Notes: generated by a model from the sequence alone, not told the origin. A DNA stretch of 64,000 nucleotides from Candidatus Aminicenantes bacterium (GCA_022867325.1 JALHUR010000084.1:6084-70083), one strand, 5' to 3'; positions 49,820-60,073 are shown, counted from the first letter of the stretch. Numbers and translations: made by a program.

Positions 49820-51882
49820 TTTTTTTCCTTGTGCGACTTGACCACAGCCTTGATCGTGTCCTGATTGGGGTTGATCTCGAGAGATTTTTCGTAGGCGAGC
49901 AGGGCCTCGGGAATATTGACCAGCTGGCGGTAGCAATCTCCTATGCTGTTGAGAATATTCAAGTTGGTCCCGAGGCGAACAAGATAGTCCTTGTAATACG
50001 CGATGGCCTCCGCGAATTCGCCCAAGGCATGCGAGGATTGGCCGAGGAGCTCCAAGAAATCAAACTTCTGCATGTCCCTGACGAAGGGCAGGGCGATTGT
50101 CTTTACCTGGAGATAGTCCTGGGCCTTATACAGGAACCGGCAGTAATCGAGGGCGAAGGCCGGAGAAGCCGGATCCTTGCGGTAGGCTTGTTCGAGGTAG
50201 GCGCGGGCCTTGGTGGTATCCTTCACGTTCATGTACTGGATGCCCAAGGCGTTGAGCGTCTCGGCATCGTCGTCGGCCGGCTTGGGCATTGACAAAATCC
50301 AGGGCCGGGGCAGCGTCGGCACGTAGCTGATGTAGAAAAGGGCCTTATCCGAGAGAAGAACGGTTTGGCCTCCGTCGGACAGCGTGGCCGTGATTTCGTA
50401 GTTGGCCGGCGCGAGATCGGCCAGGCTGAATAGCTCCAGAATATTGAGCGGGTCGGGGATGTCGGCCAGTTTCCGTGTCCTCGACAGGAGCTTGGCGTCT
50501 CCCCTATGGAGCGCGAACTCCAGGCTGCCGTTCCGGCGAAGGTCCCCGCCCAAGCCCTGGAGTTGGATGAAAACGAAAAGCGTGTCCTTTGCGGTAAAAT
50601 CGTGCCGGGGGGAGGGAATGAGCTGGGCGCGCCCCAGCAGGAAAGGCTTGTTCTGGCCGACGTATTTCGAGTTCACGTCGGCCCGGCTGGCCAGCAGGAT
50701 CGGGCTCATTCTAAGATCCGCCCTATCCGGAACGGTGATCTCGGATTCCAACGAGGTGAATTCCTTGGAAACGGTGTTCTTGAAGAGAATGCTCAATTTG
50801 TAGCGCCCGGCGATGAGCGGCAGCATATCCTGGAAGCTGAAGAGCTTAGGACGGATCGCCGCGATCTGATCCCGGTTCATTTCGATCGGGGCCTTGCGCT
50901 CGAATTGATAGACAAGATTCCCGTTGGGGTCCGTGACGTTGCCGTTGATCTCGAGGTTGGACAGGAACCGATTATCGTACTGCTCGAAGGTTAGGCGGGC
51001 CGGCTCGATCAGATAGTGGACATAGAACAGACCGGTCGCATCCTGGAAGACCCGGACGAGGGCGTCGGAGTCCATGTAGTTGGCCGAGTACTCGACGTCG
51101 ATGATGTCTTTAAGGGCCAGCAGCTTTTCGGCATAGGAATCCTTGACCTTGACCATGGGGGCCATGGGGATTTTCTGATGGACGAGGGCCTCCGAGGCGA
51201 TCGAGGGGCTGGTGACATTTTGTGTTTCCCCTTCGATCAGGGTCAGAGAGATGTGGGCGATCGACGGTTCGATCCGGAACAACTGGTCGTAGGCCGTTGC
51301 GTATTCCGTCATGTCCCCGCTGTAATGGGGCATCAGGTACTGGGGGCCGAACCTGATCGGAGTGTACAGCTCGTACTCGCCGACGCCGTCCTTCTTGAAG
51401 AAGACGACGGAGAAGGCGTTGGGCAAACCGAACTCAAGCATCCCGCTGTAGAACCAGATTTCGATCGGATAGACCTCGCTCCGGTTATCGAAGCGATCGG
51501 TCGAATTCGGCTCGCCCAGCGTGATGTAGATCCGTCCCTGGTCCGACCGCCAGCCCGGCCCCGGAGAGCTCTTGCCGTAGCGTTCGTTGGCGAAGGCGAT
51601 CCGGCGCATGTGTTCGATCTTGAATTCGTTTTCGGGTGTCGCCGGGTTCGGGTCCCGCTGCTTCCAGAAGGCCTCGATGAACATCTCCCGCTGCCGGTCG
51701 TTGTCGAGCTGGAGGAAAACCTCTTTTTCCTTGGCGGTAATGATGAAAACCACCTCTTCCTGCAGCCATTTCCGGTAGAAAGGGCCCAAGTCCTTGACGG
51801 ACTTCTTCGTCTGCGCAAAGGTAGATATAATCGTAAAGACGGCAACCGCCCCGAGAACGCTGAGGACGAGGGTTTTCTTCAT
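49816..51882 (-). CDS. GWxTD-domain protein fused to C-terminal TPR repeats (paralog 3)
   Basis: Start set at ATG 51882 to give signal peptide MKKTLVLSVLGAVAVFTIISTFAQT (track ORF extends to 51960). Motif GPGWRSDQGRIYITLGEP. TPR-like C-terminus. TATAAT lies 8 nt upstream of the ATG. Confidence 0.55.
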   Translation of the reverse strand: MKKTLVLSVLGAVAVFTIISTFAQTKKSVKDLGPFYRKWLQEEVVFIITAKEKEVFLQLDNDRQREMFIEAFWKQRDPNPATPENEFKIEHMRRIAFANERYGKSSPGPGWRSDQGRIYITLGEPNSTDRFDNRSEVYPIEIWFYSGMLEFGLPNAFSVVFFKKDGVGEYELYTPIRFGPQYLMPHYSGDMTEYATAYDQLFRIEPSIAHISLTLIEGETQNVTSPSIASEALVHQKIPMAPMVKVKDSYAEKLLALKDIIDVEYSANYMDSDALVRVFQDATGLFYVHYLIEPARLTFEQYDNRFLSNLEINGNVTDPNGNLVYQFERKAPIEMNRDQIAAIRPKLFSFQDMLPLIAGRYKLSILFKNTVSKEFTSLESEITVPDRADLRMSPILLASRADVNSKYVGQNKPFLLGRAQLIPSPRHDFTAKDTLFVFIQLQGLGGDLRRNGSLEFALHRGDAKLLSRTRKLADIPDPLNILELFSLADLAPANYEITATLSDGGQTVLLSDKALFYISYVPTLPRPWILSMPKPADDDAETLNALGIQYMNVKDTTKARAYLEQAYRKDPASPAFALDYCRFLYKAQDYLQVKTIALPFVRDMQKFDFLELLGQSSHALGEFAEAIAYYKDYLVRLGTNLNILNSIGDCYRQLVNIPEALLAYEKSLEINPNQDTIKAVVKSHKEKK

Positions 51883-51970
51883 TTGATTATTATAGGCAAT
51901 ATTCGTCGCTTCTTCAAGAAGCTTCCGATCCGCCGCCTGCATCCGATGAGTCTGGGACAAGGGCCGCCGA

Positions 51971-52906
51971 TCAGGTTTCGGGGGGACGGACCGCGGAGGC
52001 CCTGAGCTTGTCCAGGATCGTGTCGAGCTCCAGGGGGAGGGGCGAGAAGAACTCGACCCATTCCATCCGGACCGGATGGATGAAGCCCAGGCGTTGGGCG
52101 TGGAGGAAGACCCTGAGCTCGAAGCCCTTCGCCCTCATCGGCCCGTAGAGCCTATCCCCGTAGAGCGGATGGCCGGCCGCGGCCAGATGAACGCGGATCT
52201 GGTGGGTCCGGCCCGTCAGGGGCTTGATCTCGAGAAGGGCGAAATCGTTGAACTGCTCCAGGACCCGGAAACAGGTCTTGGCCTCCTTGGGTTTCCGGGT
52301 CTTGATCGAGAAGCGCTGGCCGTCTTTGACGTGGCGGCCGATCGGCCAGTTGATCCGGCCTTCCTCGTCCGGCCGGCCCCGGGCCAGCCCCAAGTAGGTC
52401 TTCTGGACGACCCGGTACTTGAATTGCCTCTGAAGGTCAGAGTAAGCCCGCTCGGTCCGGGCGACGACCATGACCCCCGAGGTCTCCTTATCCAATCGAT
52501 GGACCAGCCCCGGACGCTCGGGGGCGCCGACGCGCCGGACTTCGGGAAAATGATGGAGGAGGGCGTTGATGAGCGTCCCCGAGTGGACCCCGGCCCCGGG
52601 GTGGACGACCAGCCCCGAGGGCTTGTCGATGACGGCGACGTCCTCGTCCTGGTAGATGATCAGGAGAGGGATGGGCTCGGGGTCGAGGGAGGGCGGTTCG
52701 AAGTCCCGGACCTTGATGACGACGACGTCCCCGGGCCTGAGACGGGTGCCGGATTTCCGGGTTCGTTCGTTGACCGTGACCAGGCCCTGCTCGATGTGAT
52801 CCTGGATCTGGGCCCGGGTCAGGTCCCGGACCTGGTCGACCAGGTAGACGTCGAGCCTGAGGTTGTCATCCTCGCCGTGAACAAACCTGAATTCCCGTTC
52901 AGACAC
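51971..52906 (-). CDS. rluD: RluA/RluD-family 23S rRNA pseudouridine synthase
   Basis: 311 aa with S4-like N-terminus and catalytic HRLDKETSG motif. Confidence 0.85.
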   Translation of the reverse strand: MSEREFRFVHGEDDNLRLDVYLVDQVRDLTRAQIQDHIEQGLVTVNERTRKSGTRLRPGDVVVIKVRDFEPPSLDPEPIPLLIIYQDEDVAVIDKPSGLVVHPGAGVHSGTLINALLHHFPEVRRVGAPERPGLVHRLDKETSGVMVVARTERAYSDLQRQFKYRVVQKTYLGLARGRPDEEGRINWPIGRHVKDGQRFSIKTRKPKEAKTCFRVLEQFNDFALLEIKPLTGRTHQIRVHLAAAGHPLYGDRLYGPMRAKGFELRVFLHAQRLGFIHPVRMEWVEFFSPLPLELDTILDKLRASAVRPPET

Positions 52907-53696
52907 GTTGGCGTCGTTTGAAAATCAGGCCCGCCAGGATCCCGGCCCCGAGACCCAACAGGCAAAAAAGCTGAGGATAGGACACGCTCAAGTAGGGCGA
53001 GGGGCCCTGGATGAGGTAAGCCCGGCCCGGATGGTCGCCCCGGAAGAATTCGGTGATATAGCGGATGACCGAATAATTGACGATATATAAAGAAAAAACC
53101 TGGCCGTCGAACTTTTTCCGTCTCAGGATCAGGAACAGGATGCCGAAGTTGAGGAAATTGAGGGCTGCTTCATACAGCTGAACGGGATGAAGGCGCTCCC
53201 CGAGCGGAATTCCGGTCAGGTTGTGGGCATAATCGTCCTTGAACACGACCCCCCAGGGCGCGTCGCAGACCCTGCCGTAACAACATCCGGCGGCAAAGCA
53301 GCCGATCCGTCCGACGGCGTGGCCCAGGGCGAGGGCGGGGACAATGATGTCGGCCGCCTTCCAGGTCGGGATCTTCTTCCGCCGGAAGTACCAGAGCGCG
53401 AAGACGACGCCGAAGGCCAACCCCCCCTGAAAGACGCCGCCCGACCGGGCCAGGCTGAAAAGCTCGCCCGGGTAGCTCGTGTAATAATCGAAGTTGGAAA
53501 TGAAGAGAATGAGCTTGGCGCCGACGAGCGAAATCAGGATCGTGTAAAAAGCGGCGTCGATCAGCTTGACGGTGTCGAGCCCCCGCTTCTTGGCCTGAAC
53601 GTAGAAAAACCAGAGCCCGAGGCCGACGCCCAGGGCCATCATCAGTCCGTAGCTGTGGAGCGTCAACGGGCCGAGCTTGAAGACGATGGGGATCAT
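52899..53696 (-). CDS. lgt: prolipoprotein diacylglyceryl transferase
   Basis: 265 aa polytopic, Lgt signature (G..R.G...G). Confidence 0.9.
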   Translation of the reverse strand: MIPIVFKLGPLTLHSYGLMMALGVGLGLWFFYVQAKKRGLDTVKLIDAAFYTILISLVGAKLILFISNFDYYTSYPGELFSLARSGGVFQGGLAFGVVFALWYFRRKKIPTWKAADIIVPALALGHAVGRIGCFAAGCCYGRVCDAPWGVVFKDDYAHNLTGIPLGERLHPVQLYEAALNFLNFGILFLILRRKKFDGQVFSLYIVNYSVIRYITEFFRGDHPGRAYLIQGPSPYLSVSYPQLFCLLGLGAGILAGLIFKRRQRV

Positions 53697-54169
53697 GCCG
53701 GTTTTCTCCTGAAAAGAACGATAAGGAGGAGGCAGGCGCCGATCGAAATGCAGGAATCGGCGAGGTTGAAGATCGGCCAGTGCCAGCGCTTGATGTAGAC
53801 GTCCATGAAGTCGATGACCGAGCCGCGCAGGATCCGGTCGACGTTGTTGCCGACGGCCCCGGCCAGGATCAAGGACAACGCGGCCAGCATCAGGACGTCC
53901 CGGCCCGGAGTCTTTATGAAATAGAAGACGACCAGCCCCAGGGCCAGGAAAGACGCCAGGGCCAGAATCCAGCGAAAGGCCGGGTTTCCGGCGTGGGACA
54001 GAAAGCCGAAGATGGCCCCGTCGTTGCGATTATAGGTAAGGTTGATAAACCCCCGGATGATGGGCCGGCTTTCATAGAGGGTCATGCTCTTGGCGATCAG
54101 GGACTTGGTCCATTGGTCCAGGACGACCGTAAGGCCGATCAATCCCAGGGCGAGTCCTTTCCGTTTCAC
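53693..54169 (-). CDS. lspA: lipoprotein signal peptidase II
   Basis: GTG start at 54169 overlapping the ileS TGA (GTGA). LspA motifs NRNDGAIFGF, FNLADSCISIG. Track ORF extends further upstream but would overlap ileS. Confidence 0.75.
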   Translation of the reverse strand: MKRKGLALGLIGLTVVLDQWTKSLIAKSMTLYESRPIIRGFINLTYNRNDGAIFGFLSHAGNPAFRWILALASFLALGLVVFYFIKTPGRDVLMLAALSLILAGAVGNNVDRILRGSVIDFMDVYIKRWHWPIFNLADSCISIGACLLLIVLFRRKPA

Positions 54170-56943
54170 GTCCGATTCCCTTCCAGGACTCCGGAGCAGC
54201 GACTGCAGCAGTTGGGAAAAGCCTTGGACAAGCCGACCGTCGTTGCGTAGTTCCAGCAGCGCTCGCATTTCTCCCCCGGGGCCCGGCCGACCCGGACCTC
54301 CAGCTCCGGGCCTCCCCCCTCCCCGAGCGTCACGGCCGAAACGATGAACAGGGCCGGGAGGGCGGCCTCGTGCTTTCGGAGAAGCCCGAGCTGGGCTTGG
54401 GGCGCGGCCAGGCTCAGCGACGCCTCGAGCGAATTCCCGATGAGTTTGTCCACACGGGCCTTCTCGAGCTCCTTGAGGACCTTCTCCCGGACGGCCATCA
54501 GAGCTTCCTGTTCGTTGAAGGGGTCCGGTTCGAGCCATCTTTCCTCGAAAGCGGGAAACAATCCCAAGTGGACGGACTCCGTTTTGCCGGAGAAAGCCGG
54601 CATGGCCTCCCAGGCCTCTTCGGTCGTGAAGGGGAGGATGGGCGCCATGAGGGCCAGCGTATCCTTAAGGATCCGGAACAGGGCCGTCTGGGCCGAACGC
54701 CTAAGGCGCGACTTTTTGGCCGAGCAGTAGAGCCGGTCCTTGATGATGTCGAGATAGACGGCGCACATCTCGACCGTGAAGAACTGGTAAAGGGAGTGGA
54801 AAACGACGTGGTACTCATAGTCTTGGTACCCCTGCAGGATGCGTCGGCCGGTCCGGGCCGTCGTCTCCAGCGCCCAGCCGTCGAAGATCTCCATCTCGGC
54901 GGCCGGGACGGCATCGGCGGCCGGGTCGAAATCGTAGAGGTTGCCGAGCAAGTAGCGCCAGGTGTTGCGGATCTTGCGGTAGGCCTCGACCAGGCGCTGG
55001 AGGATCTCGGTCCCGAACCGGGCGTCCTCCTTGAAGTTCAGCATGGCGACCCACAGCCGCAGGATCTCCGCCCCGTTCTGGGCGATGATCCGGCCGGGAT
55101 CGATGACATTCCCCATCGATTTCGACATCGCCCTCCCCTGCTCGTCCAGGACAAAGCCGTGGGTGATGCAAGTCCGGTAGGGCGATCCGCCTTTGGCTCC
55201 GACTCCGATCACGATCGAGCTGTTGAACCAGCCCCGGTACTGGTCGTGACCCTCGACGTAGACGTCGGCGGGCCAGGGCAGGTCGGGCCGTTTGCCCAGT
55301 TCGCCTTGGCTGGCCCCGGATTCGAACCAGACGTCGATGATGTCGTTGGCTTTTTCGAACTCCGCGGCGCCGCAGGAGGCGCAGGACGTTCCCCGGGGGA
55401 TGAGATCCCCGGCCGGCTTGATGTACCAGGCGTTCGAACCCTCCCTTGAAAAGACATCGGCGACGTGGCGGGCGATGCTGTCGCCGGCCACGACGGCCCC
55501 GCATCGGACTCAGTGAAAGGCCGGGATGGGTACGCCCCACAGGCGCTGGCGCGAGATGCACCAGTCGGGGCGGCCGCTCATCATATTGGCGATCCGCTCC
55601 TCGCCCCAGGCCGGAATCCAGCGGACCTTGCCGACCGCTGCCTGGGTTCGATCCCTCAGGCCGGCCGCGTCCATCGAGATGAACCATTGCTCGGTGGCCC
55701 GGAAGATGACGGGGTTCTTGCAGCGCCAGCAGTGGGGGTAGGAGTGGCTGATGGCTGTTTCCTTGAGGAGGCTCCCGTCCTTCTTCATGTCTTCGCTGAT
55801 GGGCTTATTGGCCTTGAAAACGTTGAGGCCGGCGTACTTGGCGACGTCGGGCGTGAAGTTCCCGGCGCCGTCGACGGGCGTGTAGATGTCGAGGCCGTAA
55901 GCCATGCCGGTCAGATAGTCGTCGTGGCCGTGTCCGGGCGCGGTGTGTACGGCGCCCGTCCCGTCCTCGAGAGTCACGTAATCGCCCAGGACGAAGACCG
56001 ATTCCCTGTCGATGAAGGGATGGCGGGCCTTGAAGCCCTCGAGTTCGCCGCCCAGGAAAGTCGCCAGGAGCTTAGTTTCCTTGAATCCGAGCTCTTCGGC
56101 CACCACCGGGACGAGGCGCTTGGCCAGGAGATAAACTTCGGCGCCGACCTCGACGGCCGCGTACTCGTGCTCGGGATGGAAGGCGATGGCCAGGTTGGCC
56201 GGCAGGGTCCAGGGCGTCGTCGTCCAGATCAGGACGTAGACCGTCTTTCCTTTGAGGGCCGGCGCTTTGGCGGACAGGTCGGAGACGACCGGAAACCGGA
56301 CGTAGATCGAAGGCGACGTCTTGTCCCTATACTCGATCTCGGCCTCGGCCAGGGCCGTTTGACAGTGGAAGCACCAATGGACCGGCCGCTTCCCTTTATA
56401 GACATTGCCCGAGGCAAAGAAAGCGGCCAGGTAGCGAATCGTCTCGGCCTCGTACTCGGGATTCATGGTCAGGTAGGGCGTTTCCCATTCGCCCAGGACG
56501 CCCAGCCGGATGAATTCGGAGCGCTGGATGTCGATGTATTGAAGGGCGTACCGCCGGCACTCTTCGCGGATCTGGGTGATCGACATGGATTTCTTTGCGT
56601 CGCCCAACTGCTTGTCGACCTGGATCTCGATCGGCAGGCCGTGGCAGTCCCAGCCGGGCAGGTAGGCGGCCTGGAATCCCTGCATGCTCTTGGTCTTGAC
56701 GATAAAATCCTTTAGGATCTTGTTGAGGGCCGTCCCGAGGTGGATGTGGCCGTTGGCGTAGGGAGGCCCGTCATGGAGGACGAAGCAGGGGCGGCCTTTC
56801 CGGGATTCCAGGATTTTCTTGTAGAGACCGATGGCGTCCCAGGCCTTGATGATTTCGGGTTCGTTCTGGGCCAGCTTGGCCTTCATCGAGAAAGACGTCT
56901 GGGGCAGGTTCAGGCTGAGCTTGAGATCCTTGTCGTCCGACAT
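54166..56943 (-). CDS. ileS: isoleucine--tRNA ligase, interrupted by a single in-frame TGA at 55510-55512
   Basis: ORFs 55510..56943 (HIGH-region half: PYANGHIHLG) and 54166..55491 (KMSKS half: KMSKSMGNV, C-terminal Zn-finger CERCW...CSRC) are in the same frame, 926 codons in total, with a coherent link ...WGVPIPAFH*VRCGAVVAGDSIARHVADVF. The stop sits where many IleS sequences have Cys (FYCExCG). Confidence 0.85.
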
Positions 56944-57014
56944 GTGCGACTCCCATAGATACGGCCGGAAATTAACTCATTATAAATCAATTTATTCTAT
57001 CCGACCAGCCCTAA

Positions 57015-57512
57015 ATGTCAATTCCGCGCGCGGTCAAAGCGCTCGTCAAGGATTACGACCTGGTTTTAAGCGCGGTCCCGGGCGCGCTGGGATTCCAAAC
57101 GCTGCGCGCCGTAATCGAAGCCCGCCGAACCGTCGTCGACATCGCCTTTTTCCCCGAAGATCCATTCGCCCTGTCGGAGGCGGCCGATAAAGCCGGCATC
57201 CAGGCCGTCGTCGACTGCGGGGTCGCCCCGGGCCTGAGCAATGTCCTGGTCGGACACGTCCAAACCCGGCTCGACGAAACGCGATCGGCGGCCATCTACG
57301 TCGGAGGCTTGCCCGAGGTCAGGGAGCGCCCCTTCGAGTATAAGGCCGTTTTCTCGCCCTCCGACGTCATCGAAGAGTACTTAAGGCCGGCCCGGCTTAT
57401 TCAAAACGGACGCCTCGTCGTCCGGCCCGCGCTATCCGAACCGGAGCTCATGGATTTTCCGGGCGTCGGGACGCTCGAGGCCTTCAACACCGATGAAGAA
57501 GTCGGGACTTGA
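57015..57512 (+). pseudogene. saccharopine-dehydrogenase-like gene fragment (central portion only)
   Basis: 165-aa ORF resembles only the middle of about 400-aa saccharopine dehydrogenase-like NAD(P) enzymes (DLVLSAVPGALGFQTLRAVIEARRTVVDIAFFPEDP...). No Rossmann GxGxxG N-terminus and no C-terminal domain. Squeezed between the ileS promoter region and a convergent radical SAM gene. Confidence 0.4.
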
Positions 57513-57533
57513 GGGAATGAGCCGTCTCCGGCT

Positions 57534-58490
57534 TCACTCCGGAATCCGGCGCAGGTCGTAGCTGTACCCGGAAGCAAGCCGATCCGCCGCCTCGAGGTGT
57601 TTCCTGAGGTATTGGCCGCAGTTGCTGCCGATCAGGTTTTCCTCGGGCTCGCCGATGCTGACCAGAACCTGATAGCCGGCCGACTTGAGCGCTTCGACGA
57701 TCCCATACCGCTCATCCTCCCGGAACGGGTCGATATAAGACGACAGCCCGTGCCGCTCGGCCTGGTAGGTCGGGTTGAGGGGCGTGATTTTCAGAAGGAA
57801 CCGGTCCGGATGGAAATGGGCCAAGAGGACGTCGGGATCGACGGGCATCCCGTGGGCCAAGGCGAAGTTCAAGGCGATCTTCCGGTCTCCGGGTTCGAAG
57901 AATTCGTCCCCGTAGGCGGCCATCCGGCCGAAATCCCATTTGGGGATCGGCATGAACCGGTCCCTCAGCACGGAGTCGGTCGTATGGATTGAAAATTGGA
58001 ATTGAAAGCGTCCGCCCCGATACCTGTCTTTCTTGATCCTCAGCAACCTTCGGAAAAATGAGCCGGAGCCCAGCGGGGCGATCGTCGATAGCGAGGGCAT
58101 GAAACCGGGAGCCCGATAGCGGTCGGGAAACGTCTCGAGGACGTCCAGGACGGCCGGGTTGAGGGCGGGCTCGCCCATCCGGGCGAACTGGATCTTGAAC
58201 TGGGCTTGGGGAATCCGGCCGTCCGGATACCGGCCGCGGACCATGTAATCGACCTGGGCGAAGATGTCCTCGACTCCGGCGTTCCCCCGGAACAGGCCGC
58301 CCGCGTCGCACATCCGGCAGCCGACGGGACAGCCGAACATCGTCGACACCAGCAATACCCATTTGGATCCCTGACGGATCCCGGGCTGATAGGCATCCAC
58401 GAATTCCGCGTATCGGCCTTCCCCGAAATCGGCCAGGTAGACGACGGCCACGCCTTCTTTCCCGGCCGAGCCGATCACTTTCATGGCCAT
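57534..58490 (-). CDS. radical SAM enzyme, function unknown
   Basis: 318 aa. Single CxxxCxxC cluster (FGCPVGCRMCDAGG). GGE-like SAM motif ARMGEPALNP. Confidence 0.6.
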   Translation of the reverse strand: MAMKVIGSAGKEGVAVVYLADFGEGRYAEFVDAYQPGIRQGSKWVLLVSTMFGCPVGCRMCDAGGLFRGNAGVEDIFAQVDYMVRGRYPDGRIPQAQFKIQFARMGEPALNPAVLDVLETFPDRYRAPGFMPSLSTIAPLGSGSFFRRLLRIKKDRYRGGRFQFQFSIHTTDSVLRDRFMPIPKWDFGRMAAYGDEFFEPGDRKIALNFALAHGMPVDPDVLLAHFHPDRFLLKITPLNPTYQAERHGLSSYIDPFREDERYGIVEALKSAGYQVLVSIGEPEENLIGSNCGQYLRKHLEAADRLASGYSYDLRRIPE

Positions 58491-59380
58491 GCGAGTTGAC
58501 CCGTTTTCGATTCGGCGGCTATCTTCATGGCCGCCCGGACTCCGTCCCCAACGGCGATCGAGGCCTGGCGGAAAAGACCGTTTTTCACGTCGCCCACGAA
58601 ATGAAGCCGGCCGCGGAGCTTCCCCAGGCGCGATGCTCTGTCCAAGCGTTCGGTTAGAAAATCCCGACTTGGCTCACGGCCGACGGCCGTCACCAAATAA
58701 TCGACCTTGAGCAGGAACGTACCCGACGGTCCCCGTCCCTCCAGGCAAATCGCCCGAGGTCCGGCCGGCCAGACCCTTTCGATCCTTGTCTTGGGAACAT
58801 ATCGAATGCGGGGCCGCGCCAGGACTCGGTCCAGGAGGAGCGGCAGGCAGCGCGGAGAATTCCCACGATCGAAAACGATCACCCGGTTGGCCCCGGCCAG
58901 GTTGAGCGCGTAATCCATCGCCGCGTCGCCCGCTCCGATGACGGCGATATCGCGGCCGGAGACATTCCCGATCGGGACGATTTCGCCGACGACCCGGCGG
59001 CGGGCCTCGGGGGCGATCTCGAGTCCGGCCGGAGGCTTGGCTTTGGTTCCGGTCGCCACGACGACGATCCCGGATTGGAGCAGCCTTCGCCTGGTTTTAA
59101 GGACGAAGCGTCCTCGAACGACGTCCAGGCGCAAGACTTCGTCGAAGATGACGCGGAGCCCGATCCGCTCGGCCTGCTTTTCCAGCCGCCGAACGAGGCT
59201 CGGACCGCCGATCCCGCCCGGGAATCCCGGGTAATTCTCGACGCGAAAGGCATTGCGCAACAGTCCGCCCAGCGCCTCCTTCTCCACGAGAAGCGGGTTC
59301 AGTCCCGACCGCTGGAGCTGGACGGCCGCCGCGATCCCGGCCGGGCCGCCGCCGACGACGGTGACGAACTCATTCCCCAT
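58481..59380 (-). CDS. thioredoxin-reductase-like FAD/NAD(P)-dependent oxidoreductase (no CxxC redox motif)
   Basis: VVGGGPAGIAAA FAD motif, second dinucleotide motif VIGAGDAAMDYA. C-terminal GD motif HFVGDV. Confidence 0.7.
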   Translation of the reverse strand: MGNEFVTVVGGGPAGIAAAVQLQRSGLNPLLVEKEALGGLLRNAFRVENYPGFPGGIGGPSLVRRLEKQAERIGLRVIFDEVLRLDVVRGRFVLKTRRRLLQSGIVVVATGTKAKPPAGLEIAPEARRRVVGEIVPIGNVSGRDIAVIGAGDAAMDYALNLAGANRVIVFDRGNSPRCLPLLLDRVLARPRIRYVPKTRIERVWPAGPRAICLEGRGPSGTFLLKVDYLVTAVGREPSRDFLTERLDRASRLGKLRGRLHFVGDVKNGLFRQASIAVGDGVRAAMKIAAESKTGQLAWP

Positions 59381-60041
59381 CGGACCTCACCGCCTTCAAA
59401 ACTTCTCGCACCAGGACGGGCAGGGCGAAGCCGTAGGACAGGTTCAGGAGGCTGGCCCGATGATAAGCCTCCCGGTAAGTCGCGGTCCCATCAACGGCGA
59501 AGAAGACCTCGAAGCCGCGGACGAATGCCGATCTGGCCGTCGTTTCGCAACAGAGATGGGTCATGACCCCGCAAATGACGAGTTGGGTCACGGAGCGTTC
59601 CTTGAGGAACGCTTCCAGGGACGTCTCATGGAAGGCGTCATATTGGTTTTTGTCCAGGATCGTTCCCCGGCCGACATCGAGACGGCGGGTGATCGAACTC
59701 AAGGGATTGTCCTCCGTCAACAGCTCCCGCCACCAGATCCCCATTCGGCCCGCATCCCCGGCGGCGTTGAGATGTCGGGTGAAGCAGACGGGCCGGCCGG
59801 ACCGTCCGAAACCGGCGATCATCGCCCGAATGCCCGGGACGATCGCGGGCGCGCTGGGGATGAACGCATGCGAGGCGGGCTCGAGGAAATAGTCCTGCAT
59901 GTCGAGGACGAGCAAGGCCGCCCGCCCCCGCTTCAGCCCCAAGGCGCGCCGTTTCCGGAACGAGGCCAGCCGCCGCATCATCTCTCCCGATTTCAGGCGG
60001 ATGGTGGATGTCTTGAAATAGGCCTGTCTGGAATTGTCCAT
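59370..60041 (-). CDS. isochorismatase-family cysteine hydrolase (possibly nicotinamidase-like)
   Basis: ALLVLDMQDYF... and LVICGVMTHLCC (catalytic Cys context). Sits between the flavoprotein and nadB. Confidence 0.7.
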   Translation of the reverse strand: MDNSRQAYFKTSTIRLKSGEMMRRLASFRKRRALGLKRGRAALLVLDMQDYFLEPASHAFIPSAPAIVPGIRAMIAGFGRSGRPVCFTRHLNAAGDAGRMGIWWRELLTEDNPLSSITRRLDVGRGTILDKNQYDAFHETSLEAFLKERSVTQLVICGVMTHLCCETTARSAFVRGFEVFFAVDGTATYREAYHRASLLNLSYGFALPVLVREVLKAVRSDGE

Positions 60042-60073
60042 GTTCGTTCTCGAGGCCGGTCTTGGTCCCCCCC

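Noticed and set aside
53693-54538. 281-aa version of lspA from the ORF track
   Set aside because: It would overlap the ileS 3' end by about 370 nt. LspA is about 160 aa, and a GTG start at 54169 overlapping the ileS stop gives the canonical size.
55470-55512. SECIS element downstream of the ileS TGA
   Set aside because: Only a weak 4-bp hairpin is visible by eye. It cannot support a selenocysteine call without folding software and Sec-machinery genes.
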